From: the human T2T-CHM13v2.0 reference genome, Homo sapiens
DNA: 64,000 bases
Assembly (NCBI RefSeq): GCF_009914755.1
Contig: NC_060937.1
Reading direction: 5' to 3' (one strand)
The notes under the pieces were generated by a model. It was not told the DNA's origin. It ran no database searches and saw nothing but the letters and a program-made list of their open reading frames with translations. A program made the translations under genes and the position numbers. This document shows positions 14,501 to 29,500 of this stretch, in pieces (within the stretch, counting starts at the first letter, position 1; each line of letters opens with the position of its first letter).

Positions 14501-17500
14501 CATCAAATATAGATTATATACTGTACATAAAATACCAAAGTACCCCAAATACATATTATATACTGTACATGAAATATCAAACTTCACAAACTATATATTA
14601 TATAGTGTACATAAAATATCAAAGTACCGAAAATATATATTCTATACTGTAAAAAAATATCAAAGTACCCAAAGCATGTATTATATACTGTACATAAAAT
14701 ATGAAAGTATATCAAATATATATTTTATTCTGTACATAAAATATCAAAGTACACCAAATATATATTCTATAGTGTACAAAAAATATCAAAGTACCCAAAC
14801 TATACATTACATACTGTACATAAAATATGAAATTACATCAAATATATATTATATTAGGTACATAAAATATGAAAGTACATCAAATATAAATTATATACAG
14901 TACATAAAATACCAAAGAACCCCAAATATATATTATGTACTCTACATGAAATATCAAAGTTCACAAACTATATATTATATACTGCACATAAAACATCAAA
15001 GTACCCAAGGTATATATTCTATACTCTACAAAAAATATCAAAGTACCCAAAGCATGTATTATATACTGTACATAAAATATGAAAGTACATCAAATATACA
15101 TTTAATTCTGTACATAAAATATCAAAGTACACCAAATATATATTCTTTAGAGTACATAAAATATCAAAGTACCCAAACTATACATTATATACTGTACATA
15201 AAATATGAAATTACATCAAATATATATTACATTAGGTACATAAAATATGAAAGTACATCAAATGTAGATTATATACGGTACATAAAATACCAAAGTACAC
15301 CAAATATATGTTATATACTGTACATGCAATATCAAATTTCACAAACTATATATTATATACTGTACATGAAATATCAAAGTACTCAAGTTATATATTCTAT
15401 ACTGTACAAAAAATATCAAAGTACCCAAAGCATGTATTATATACTGTACATAAAATATGAAAGTACATGAAATATATATTTTATACTGTACATAAAATAT
15501 CAAAGTACACCAAATATATATTCTATAGTGTACATAAAATATCAAAGTACCCAAACTATACCTTATATACTGTACATAAAATATGAAATTACATCAAATA
15601 TATATTATATTAGGTACATAAAATATGAAAGTACATCAAATATAGATTATATAGTGTACATAAAATACCAAAGTACCCCAAATATATATTTTATACTGTA
15701 CATGAAATATCAAAGTTCACAAACTATATATTATATACTGTACATAAAATATCAAAGTACCCAAGGTATATATTCTATACTGTACAAAAAATATCAAAGT
15801 ACCCAAACATGTATTATATACTGTACATGAAATATGAAAGTACATCAAATATATATTTTATTCTGTACATAAAATATCAAAGTACACCAAATATATATTC
15901 TATAGTGTACATAAAATATCAAAGTACCCAAAGTATACCTTATATACTGTACATAAAATATGAAATTACATCAAATATATATTATATTAGGAACATAAAA
16001 TATGAAAGTACATGAAATATATATTATATACTGTACATAAAATACCAAAGTACCCCAAATACATATTATATACTGTACATGAAATATCAAAGTTCACAAA
16101 CTATCCATTATATACTGTACATAAAATATCAAGGTACCAAAAGTATATATTCTATTCTGTACAACAAATATCAAAGTACCCAAAGCATGTATTATATACT
16201 GTACATAAAATATGAAAGTACATCAAATATATATTTTATTCTGTACATAAAATATCAAAGTACACCAAATATATATTCTATAGTGTACATAAAATATCAA
16301 ATTACCCAAACTATACATTATATACTGTCCTTAAAATATGAAATTAAATCAAATATATATTATATTAGGTACATAAAATATGAAAGTACATCAAATATTA
16401 ATTATATACTGTACATAAAATACCAAAATACCCCAAATATATATTATATACTGTACATGAAATATAAAAGTTCACAAACTATATATTATATACTGTACAT
16501 AAAATATCAAAGTACCCAAGGTGTATATTCTATACTCTACAAAAAATATCAAAGTACCCAAAGCATGTATTATATACTGTACATAAAATATGAATGTACA
16601 TCAAATATATATTTAATTCTGTACATAAAATATCAAAGTACACCAAATATTTATTCTATAGTGTACATAAAATATCAAACTACCCAAACTATACATTATA
16701 TACTGTACATAAAATATGAAATTACATCAAATATATATTATATTATGTACATAAAATATGAAAGTACATCAAATATAGATTATATACTGTACATAAAATA
16801 CCAAAGTACACCAAATATATATTTTATACTGTACATGCAATATCAAAGTTCACAAACTATATATTATATACTGTACATAAAATATCAAAGTACCCAAGGT
16901 ATATATTCTATACTGTGCAAAAAATATCAAAGTACCCAAAGCATGTATTATATAGTGTACATAAAATATGAAAGTACATCAAATATATATTTTATTCTGT
17001 ACATAAAATATGAAAGTACACTAAATATATATTCTATAGTGTACATAAAATATCAAAGTACCCAAACTATACATTATATACTGTACATAAAATATGAAAT
17101 TACATCAAATATATATTATATTAGGTACATAAAATATGAAAGCACATCAAATATAGATTATATACTGTACATAAAATACCAAAGTACCCCAAATACATAT
17201 TATATACTGTACATGAAATATCAAAGTTCACAAACTATATATTATATACTGTACATAAAATATCAAAGTACCCAAGGTATATATTCTATAATGTACATAA
17301 AATATCAAAGTACCCAAAGTATACATTATATACATTACATAAAATATGAAATTAAATCAAATATATATTATATTATGTACATAAAATATGAAAGTACATC
17401 AAATATTAATTAAATACTGTACATAAAATACCAAAGAACCCCAAATATATATTATATACTGTACATGAAATATCAATGTTCACAAACTATATATTATATA

Positions 17501-20500
17501 CTGTACATAAAATATCAAAGTACTGAAGGTATATATTCTATACTCTACAAAAAATATCAAAGTACCCAAAGCATGTATTATATACTGTTCATAAAATATG
17601 AAAGTACATCAAATATATATTTAGTTCTGTACATAAAATATCAAAGTACACCAAATATATATTCTATAGTGTACATAAAATATCAATGTAGCCAAACTAT
17701 ACATTATATACTGTACATAAAATATGAAATTACATCAAATATATATTATATTATGTACATAAAATATGAAACTACATCAAATATAGATTATATACTGTAC
17801 ATAAAATACCAAAGTACACCAAATATATATTTTATACTGTACATGCAATATCAAAGTTCACAAACTATATATTATATACTGTACATAAAATATCAAAGTA
17901 CCCAAAGTATATATTCTATACTGTGCAAAAAATATCAAAGTACCCAAAGCATGTATTATATACTGTACATAAAATATGAAAGTACATCAAATATATATTT
18001 TATTCTGTACATAAAATATCAAAGTACACTAAATATATATTCTATAGTGTACATAAAATATCAAAGTACCCAAACTATACATTATATACTGTACATAAAA
18101 TATGAAATTACATCAAATATATATTATATTAGGTACAAAAAATATGAAAGTACATCAAATATAGATTATATACTGTACATAAAATACCAAAGTACCCCAA
18201 ATACATATTATATACTGTACATGAAATATCAAAGTTCACAAACTATATATTATATACTGTACATAAAATATCAAAGTACCCAAGGTATATATTCTATACT
18301 GTTCAAAAAATATCAAAGTTCCCAAAGCAAGTATTATATACTGTACATAAAATATGAAAGTACATCAAATATATATTTTATTCTGTAAATAAAATATCAA
18401 AGTACACCAAATATATATTCTATAGTGTACATAAAATATCAAAGTACCCAAACTATACATTATATACTGTACATAAAATATGAAATTACATCAAATATAT
18501 ATTATATTAGGTACTTAAAATATGAAAGTACATCAAATATAAATTATATACTGTACATAAAATACCAAAGTACCCCAAATATATATTATATACTGTACAT
18601 GCAATATCAAAGTTCACAAACTATATATCATATACTGTACATAAAATATCAAAGTACCGAAGGTATATATTCTATAGTGTACAAAAAATATGAAAGTACG
18701 CAAAGCATGTATTATATACTGTACATAAAATATGAAAGTACATCAAATATATATTTTATTCTGTACATAAAATATCAAAGTACACCAAATATATATTCTA
18801 TAGTGTACATAAAATATCAAAGTACCCAAACTATACATTATATACAGTACATAAAATATGAAATTACATCCAATATATATAATAATAGGTACATAAAATA
18901 TGAAAGTACATCAAATATAAATTATATACTGTACATAAAATACCAAAGAACCCCAAATATATATTATATACTGTACATGAAATATCAATGTTCACAAACT
19001 ATATATTATATACTGTATATAAAATATCAAAGTACTGAAGGTATATATTCTATACTGTACAAAAAATATCAAAGTACCCAAAGCATGTATTATATACTGT
19101 TCATAAAATATGAAAGTACATCAAATATATATTTTATTCTGTACATAAAATATCAAAGTACACCAAATATATATTCTATAGTGTACATAAAATATCAAAG
19201 TACCCAAACTATACATTATAAACTGTACATAAAATATGAAATTACATCAAATATATACTATATTATGTACATAAAATATGAAAGTACATCTAATATAGAT
19301 TATATACTGTACATAAAATACCAAAGTACCCCAAATAAATATTTTATACTGTACATGCAATATCAAAGTTCACAAACTATATATTATATACTGTACATAA
19401 AATATCAAAGTATAGAAGGTATATATTCTATACTGTACAAAAAATATCAAAGTACCCAAAGCATGTATTATATACTGTACATAAAATAGGAAAGTACATC
19501 AAATATATATTTTATTCTGTACATAAAATATCAAAGTACACCAAATATATATTCTATAGTGTACATAAAATATGAAAGTACCCAAACTATACATTATATA
19601 CTGTACATAAAATATGAAATTACATCAAATATATATTATATTAGGTACATAAAATATGAAAGTACATCAAATATAAATTATATACAGTACATAAAATACC
19701 AAAGTACCCCAAATATATATTATATACTGTACATGCAATATCAAAGTTCACAAACTATATATCATATACTGTACATAAAATATCAAAGTACCGAAGGTAT
19801 ATATTCTATACTGTACAAAAAATATCAAAGTACGCAAAGCATGTATTATATACTGTACATAAAATATGAAAGTACATCAAATATATATTTTATTCTGTAC
19901 ATAAAATATGAAAGTACACCAAATATATATTCTATAGTGTACATAAAATATCAAAGTACCCAAACTATATATTATATACTGTACATAAAATATGAAACTA
20001 CATCAAATATATATTATAATAGGTACATAAAATATGAAAGTACATCAAATATTAATTATATACTGTACATAAAATACCAAAGAACACCAAATATATATTA
20101 TATACTGTACATGAAATATCAAAGTTCACAAACTATATATTATATGCTGTATATAAAATATCAAAGTACCCAAGGTATATATTCTGTACTGTATAAAAAA
20201 TATCAAAGTACCCAAAGCATGTATTATATACTGTTCATAAAATATGAAAGTTCATCAAATATATATTTTATTCTGTACATAAAATATCAAAGTACACCAA
20301 ATATATATTCTATAGTGTACATAAAATATCAAAGTACCCAAACCATACATTATATACTGTACATAAAATATGAAATTACATCAAATATATATTATATTAG
20401 GTACATAAAATATGAAAGTACATCAAATATAGATTATATAGTGTACATAAAATACCAAAGTACCCAAATATATATTATATACTGTACATGAAATATCAAA

Positions 20501-23500
20501 GTTCACAAACTATATATTATATACTGTACATAAAATATCAAGGTACCCAAGGTATATATTCTATACTCTACAAAAAATGTCAAAGTACCCAAAGCATGTA
20601 TTATATACGGTACATAAAATATGAAAGTACATCAAATATATATTTAATTCTGTACATAAAATATCAAAGAACACCAAATATATATTCTATAGTGTACATA
20701 AAATATCAAAGTACCCAAACTATACATTATATACTGTACATAAAATATGAAATTACGTCAAATATATATTATATTATGTACATAAAATATGAAAGTACAT
20801 CAAATATAGATTATATACTGTACATAAAATACCAAAGTACACCAAATATATATTTTATACTGTACATGAAATATCAAAGTTCACAAACTATGTATTATAT
20901 ACTGTAGATAAAATATCAAAGTACCCAAGGTATGTATTCTATACTGTACAAAAAATATCAAAGTACCCAAAGCATGTATTATATACTGTACATAAAATAT
21001 GAACGTACATCAAATATAGATTATATACTGTACATAAAATACCAAAGTACCCCAAATACATATTATATTCTGTACATGAAATATCAAAGTTCACAAACTA
21101 TATATTATATACTGTACATAAAATATCAAAGTACCCAAGGTATATATTCTATAATGTAGAAAAAATATCAAAGCACCCAAAGCAAGTATTATATACTGTA
21201 CATAAAATATGAAAGTACATCAAATATATATTTTATTCTGTACATAAAATATCAAAGTACACCAAATATATATTCTATAGTGTACATAAAATATCAAAGT
21301 ACCCAAACTATACATTATATACTGTACATAAAATTTGAAATTACATCAAATATATATTATATTAGGTACTTAAAATATGAAAGTACATCAAATATAAATT
21401 ATATACTGTACGTAAAATACCAAAGTACCCCAAATATATATTATATACTGTACATGCAATATCAAAGTTCACAAACTATATATCATATACTGTACATAAA
21501 ATATCAAAGTACCCAAGGTATATATTCTATAGTGTACAAAAAATATGAAAGTACGCAAAGCATGTATTATATACTGTACATAAAATATGAAAGTACATCA
21601 AATATATATTTTATTCTGTACATAAAATATCAAAGTACACCAAATATATATTCTATAGTGTACATAAAATATCAAAGTACCCAAACTATACATTATGTAC
21701 AGTACATAAAATATGAAATGAAATCAAATATATATTATATTAGGTACATAAAATATGAAAGTACGTCAAATATTAATTATATACTGTACATAAAATACCA
21801 AAGAACCCCAAATATATATTATATACTGTACATGAAATATCAATGTTCACAAACTATATATTATATACTGTACATAAAATATCAAAGTACTGAAGGTATA
21901 TATTCTATACTCTACAAAAAATATCAAAGTACCCAAAGCATGTATTATATACTGTTCATAAAATATGAAAGTACATCAAATATATATTTAATTCTGTACA
22001 TAAAATATCAAAGTACACCAAATATGTATTCTATAGTGTACATAAAATATCAAAGTACCCAAACTATACATTATAAACTGTACATAAAATATGAAATTAC
22101 ATCAAATATATACTATATTATGTACATAAAATATGAAAGTACATCAAATATAGATTATATACTGTACATAAAATACCAAATTACCCCAAATAAATATTTT
22201 ATACTGTACATGCAATATCAAAGTTCACAAACTATATATTATATACTGTACATAAAATATCAAAGTATAGAAGGTATATATTCTATACTGTACAAAAAAT
22301 ATCAAAGTACCCAAAGCATGTATTATATACTGTTCATAAAATATGAAACTACATCAAATATATATTTTATTCTGTACATAAAATATCAAAGTACACCAAA
22401 TATATATTCTATAGTGTACATAAAATATCAAAGTACCCAAACTCTACATTATAAACTGTACATAAAATATGAAATTACATCAAATATATACTATATTATG
22501 TACATAAAATATGAAAGTACATCAAATATAGATTATATACTGTACATAAAATACCAAAGTACCCCAAATAAATATTTTATACTGTACATGCAATATCAAA
22601 GTTCACAAACTATATATTATATACTGTACATAAAATATCAAAGTATAGAAGGTATATATTCTATACTGTACAAAAAATATCAAAGTACCCAAAGCATGTA
22701 TTATATACTGTACATAAAATAAGAAAGTACATCAAATATATATTTTATTCTGTACATAAAATATCAAAGTACACCAAATATATATTCTATAGTGTACATA
22801 AAATATGAAAGTACCCTAACTATACATTATATACTGTACATAAAATATGAAATTACATCAAATATATATTATATTAGGTACATAAAATATGAAAGTACAT
22901 CAAATATAAATTATATACAGTACATAAAATACCAAAGTACCCCAAATATATATTATATACTGTACATGCAATATCAAAGTTCACAAACTATATATCATAT
23001 ACTGTACATAAAATATCAAAGTACCGAAGGTATATATTCTATACTGTACAAAAAATATCAAAGTACGCAAAGCATGTATTATATACTGTACATAAAATAT
23101 GAAAGTACATCAAATATATATTTTATTCTGTACATAAAATATCAAAGTACACCAAATATATATTCTATAGTGTACATAAAATATCAAAGTACCCAAACTA
23201 TACATTATATACTGTACATAAAATATGAAATTACATCAAATATATATTACAGTAGGTACATAAAATATGAAAGTACATCAAATATAAATTATATACTGTA
23301 CATAAAATACCAAAGAACCCCAAATATATATTATATACTGTACATGAAATATCAAAGTTCACAAACTATATATTATATACTGTACATAAAATATCAAAAT
23401 ACTCAAGGTATATATTCTATACTGTACAAAAAATATCAAAGTACCCAAAGCATGTATTATATACTGTACATAAAATATGAAAGTACATCAAATAAATATT

Positions 23501-26500
23501 TTATACTGTACATAAAATATCAAAGTACACTAAATATATATTCTATAGTGTATATAAAATATCAAAGTACCCAAACTATACATTATATACTGTACATAAA
23601 ATATGAAATTACATCAAATATATATTATATTAGGTACATAAAATATGAAAGTACATCAAATATAGATTATATACTGTACATAAAATACCAAAGTACCCCA
23701 AATACATATTATATACTGTACATGCAACATCAAAGTTCACAAACTATATATTATATACTGTACATAAAATATCAAAGTACCGAAGGTATATATTCTATAC
23801 TGTACAAAAAATATCAAAGTACCCAAAGCATGTATTATATACTGTACATAAAATATGAAAGTACATCAAATAAATATTTTATTCTGTACATAAAATATCA
23901 AAGTACACCAAATATATATTCTATAGTGTACATAAAATATCAAAGTACCCAAACTATACATTATAAACTGTACATAAAATATGAAATTACATCAAATATA
24001 TACTATAATATGTACATAAAATATGAAAGTACATCAAATATATATTTTATTTTGTACATAAAATATCAAAGTACACCAAATATATATTCTATAGTGTACA
24101 TAAAATATCAAAGTACCCAAACTATACATTATATACTGTACATAAAATATGAAATTACATCAAATATATATTATATTAGGTACATAAAATATGAAATTAC
24201 ATCAAATATAAATTATATACAGTACATAAAATACCAAAGTACCCCAAATATATATTATATACTGTACATGCAATATCAAAGTTCACAAACTATATATCAT
24301 ATACTGTACATAAAATATCAAAGTACCGAAGGTATATATTCTATACTGTACAAAAAATATCAAAGTACGCAAAGCATGTATTATATACTGTACATAAATT
24401 ATGAAAGTACATCAAATATATATTTTATTCTGTACATAAAATATCAAAGTACACCAAATATATATTCTATAGTGTACATAAAATATCAAAGTACCCAAAC
24501 TATACATTATATACTGTACATGAAATATGAAATTACATAAAATATATATTATATTAGGTACATAAAATATGAAAGTACATCAAATATAAATTATATACTG
24601 TACATAAAATACCAAAGTACCCCAAATATATATTACATACTGTACATGAAATATCAAAGTTCACAAACTATATATTTTATACTGTACATAAAATATCAAA
24701 GTACCCAAGGTATATATTCTATACTGTACAAAAAATATAAAAGTACCCAAAACATGTATCATATACTGTACATAAAATATGAAAGTACATCAAATATATA
24801 TTTTATTCTGTACATAAAATATCAAAGTCCACCAAATATATATTCTATAGTGTACATAAAATATCAAAGTACCCAAACTATACATTTTATACTGTACATA
24901 AAATATGAAATTATATCAAATATATATTACATTAGGTACATAAAATATGAAAGTACATCAAATATAGATTATATACTGTACATAATATATCAAAGTACCC
25001 CAAATATATATTATATACTGTACATGAAATATCAAAGTTCACAAACTATATATTATATACTGTACATAAAATATCAAAGTACCCAAGGTATATATTCTGT
25101 ACTGTACAAAAAATATCAAAGTACCCAAAGCATGTATTATATACTGTACATAAAATATGAAAGTACATCAAATAAATATTTTATTCTGTACATAAAATAT
25201 CAAAGTACACCAAATATATATTCTACAGTGTACATAAAATATCAAAGTACTCAAACTATACATTATAAACTGTACATAAAATTTGAAATTACATCAAATA
25301 TATACTACATTATGTACATAAAATATGAAAGTACATCAAATATAGATTATATACTGTAGATAAAATACCAAAGTACACCAAATATATATTTTATACTGTA
25401 CATGCAATATCAAAGTTCACAAACTATATATTATATACTGTACACAAAATATAAAAGTACCGAAGCTATATATTGTATACTGTACAAAAAATATCAAAGT
25501 ACCCAAAGCATGTATTATATACTGTACATAAAATATGAAAGTACATCAAATATATATTTTATTCTGTACATAAAATATCAAAGTACACTAAATATATATT
25601 CTATAGTGTACATAAAATATCAAAGTACCCAAACTATACATTATATACTGTACATAAAATATGAAATTACATCAAATATATATTATATTAGGTACATAAA
25701 ATATGAAAGTACATCAAATATAGATTATATACTGTACATAAAATACCAAAGTACCCCAAATACATATTATATACTGTACATTAAATATCAAAGTTCACAA
25801 ACTATATATTATATACTGTACATAAGATATCAAAGTACCCAAGGTATATATTCTATACTGTACAAAAAATATCAAAGTACCCAAAGCAAGTATTATGTAC
25901 TGTACATAAAATATGAAAGTACATCAAATATATATTTTATTCTGTACATAAAATATCAAAGTACACCAAATATATATTCTATAGTGTACATAAAATATCA
26001 AAATACCCAAACTATAGAATATATACTGTACATAAAATATGAAATTACATCAAATATATATTATATTAGGTACATAAAATATGAAAGTACATCAAATATA
26101 AATTATATACTGTACATAAAATACCAAAGAACCCCAAATATATATTATATACTGTACATGAAATATCAAAGTTCACAAACTATATATTATATACTGTACA
26201 TAAAATATCAAAATACTCAAGGTATATATTCTATACTGTACAAAAAATATCAAAGTACCCAAAGCATGTATTATATACTGTACATAAAATATGAAAGCAC
26301 ATCAAATAAATATTTTATACTGTACATAAAATATCAAAGTACACTAAATATATATTCTATAGTGTATATAAAATATCAAAGTACCCAAACTATACATTAT
26401 ATACTGTACATAAAATATGAAATTACATCAAATATATATTATATTAGGTACATAAAATATGAAAGTACATCAAATATAGATTATATACTGTACATAAAAT

Positions 26501-29500
26501 ACCAAAGTACCCCAAATACATATTATATATTGTACATGCAATATCAAAGTTCACAAACTATATATTATATACTGTACATAAAATATCAAAGTACACCAAA
26601 TATATATTCTATAGTGTACATAAAATATCAAAGTACCCAAAATATACATTATATACAGTACATAAAATATGAAATTACATCAAATATATATAATAATATG
26701 TACATAAAACATGAAAGTACATCAAATATAAATTATATACTGTACATAAAATACCAAAGAACCCCAAATATATATTATATACTGTACATGAAATATCAAA
26801 GTTCACAAACTATATATTATATACTGTACATAAAATATCAAAGTACTGAAGGTATATATTCTATACTGTACAAAAAATATCAAAGTACCCAAAGCATGTA
26901 TTATATACGGTACATAAAATATGAATGTACATCAAATATATATTTAATTCTGTACATAAAATATCAAAGTACACCAAATATATATTCTATAGTGTACATA
27001 AAATATCAAAGTACCCAAACGATACATTATATACTGTACATAAAATATGAAATTACATCAATTATATATTATATTAGGTACATAAAATATGAAAGTACAT
27101 CAAATATAGATTGTATACTGTGCATAAAATACCAAAGTATCCCAAATACATATTATATACTGTACATGAAATATGAAAGTTCACAAACTATATATTTTAT
27201 ACTGTACATAAAATATCAAAGTACCCAAGGTATATATTCTATACTGTAGAAAAAATATCAAAGTACCCAAAGCATGTATTATATACTGTACATAAAATAT
27301 GAAAGTACATCAAATAAATATTTTATTCTGTACATAAAATATCAAAGTACACCAAATGTATATTCTATAGTGTACATAAAATATCAAAGTACCCAAACTA
27401 TACATTATAAACTGTACATAAAATATGAAATTACATCAAATATATACTATATTATGTACATAAAATATGAAAGTACATCAAATATAGATTATATACTGTA
27501 CATGAAATACCAAAGTACCCCAAATAAATATTTTATACTGTACATGCAATATCAAAGTTCACAAACTATATATTATATACTGTACATAAAATATCAAAGT
27601 ACCCAAGGTATATATTCTATACTGTACAAAAAATATCAAAGTACCCAAAGCATGTATTATATACTGTACATAAAATAAGAAAGTACATCAAATATATATT
27701 TTATTCTGTACATAAAATATCAAAGTACACCAAATATATATTCTATAGTGTACATAAAATATCAAAGTACCCAAACTATACATTATATACTGTACATAAA
27801 ATATGAAATTACATCAAATATATATTATATTAGGTACATAAAATATGAAAGTACATCAAATATAAATTATATACAGTACATAAAATACCAAAGTACCCCA
27901 AATATATATTATATACTGTACATGCAATATCAAAGTTCACAAACTATATATCATATACTGTACATAAAATATCAAAGTACCGAAGGTATATATTCTATAC
28001 TGTACAAAAAATATCAAAGTACGCAAAGCATGTATTATATACTGTACATAAAATATGAAAGTACATCAAATATATATTTTATTCTGTACATAAAATATCA
28101 AAGTACACCAAATATATATTCTATAGTGTACATAAAATATCAAAGTACCCAAACTATACATTATATACTGTACATAAAATATGAAATTACATCAAATATA
28201 TATTACTTTAGGTACATAAAATATGAAAGTACATCAAATATAGATTATATACTGTACATAAAATATCAAAGTACCCCAAATATATATTATATACTGCACA
28301 TGAAATATCAAAGTTCACAAACTATATATTATATACTGTACATAAAATATCAAAGTACCGAAGGTATATATTCTATACTGTACAAAAAATATCAAAGTAC
28401 CCAAAGCATGTATTATATACTGTACATAAAATATGAAAGTACATCAAATAAATATTTTATTCTGTACATAAAATATCAAAGTACACCAAATATATATTCT
28501 ATAGTGTACATAAAATATCAAAGTACCCAAACTATACATTATAAACTGTACATAAAATATGAAATTACATCAAATATATACTATAATATGTACATAAAAT
28601 ATGAAAGTACATCAAATATATATTTTATTTTGTACATAAAATATCAAAGTACACCAAATATATATTCTATAGTGTACATAAAATATCAAAGTACCCAAAC
28701 TATACATTATATACTGTACATAAAATATGAAATTACATCAAATATATATTATATTAGGTACATAAAATATGAAATTACATCAAATATAAATTATATACAG
28801 TACATAAAATACCAAAGTACCCCAAATATATATTATATACTGTACATGCAATATCAAAGTTCACAAACTATATATCATATACTGTACATAAAATATCAAA
28901 GTACCGAAGGTATATATTCTATACTGTACAAAAAATATCAAAGTACGCAAAGCATGTATTATATACTGTACATAAATTATGAAAGTACATCAAATATATA
29001 TTTTATTCTGTACATAAAATATCAAAGTACACCAAATATATATTCTATAGTGTACATAAAATATCAAAGTACCCAAACTATACATTATATACTGTACATG
29101 AAATATGAAATTACATAAAATATATATTATATTAGGTACATAAAATATGAAAGTACATCAAATATAAATTATATACTGTACATAAAATACCAAAGTACCC
29201 CAAATATATATTACATACTGTACATGAAATATCAAAGTTCACAAACTATATATTTTATACTGTACATAAAATATCAAAGTACCCAAGGTATATATTCTAT
29301 ACTGTACAAAAAATATAAAAGTACCCAAAACATGTATCATATACTGTACATAAAATATGAAAGTACATCAAATATATATTTTATTCTGTACATAAAATAT
29401 CAAAGTCCACCAAATATATATTCTATAGTGTACATAAAATATCAAAGTACCCAAACTATACATTTTATACTGTACATAAAATATGAAATTATATCAAATA

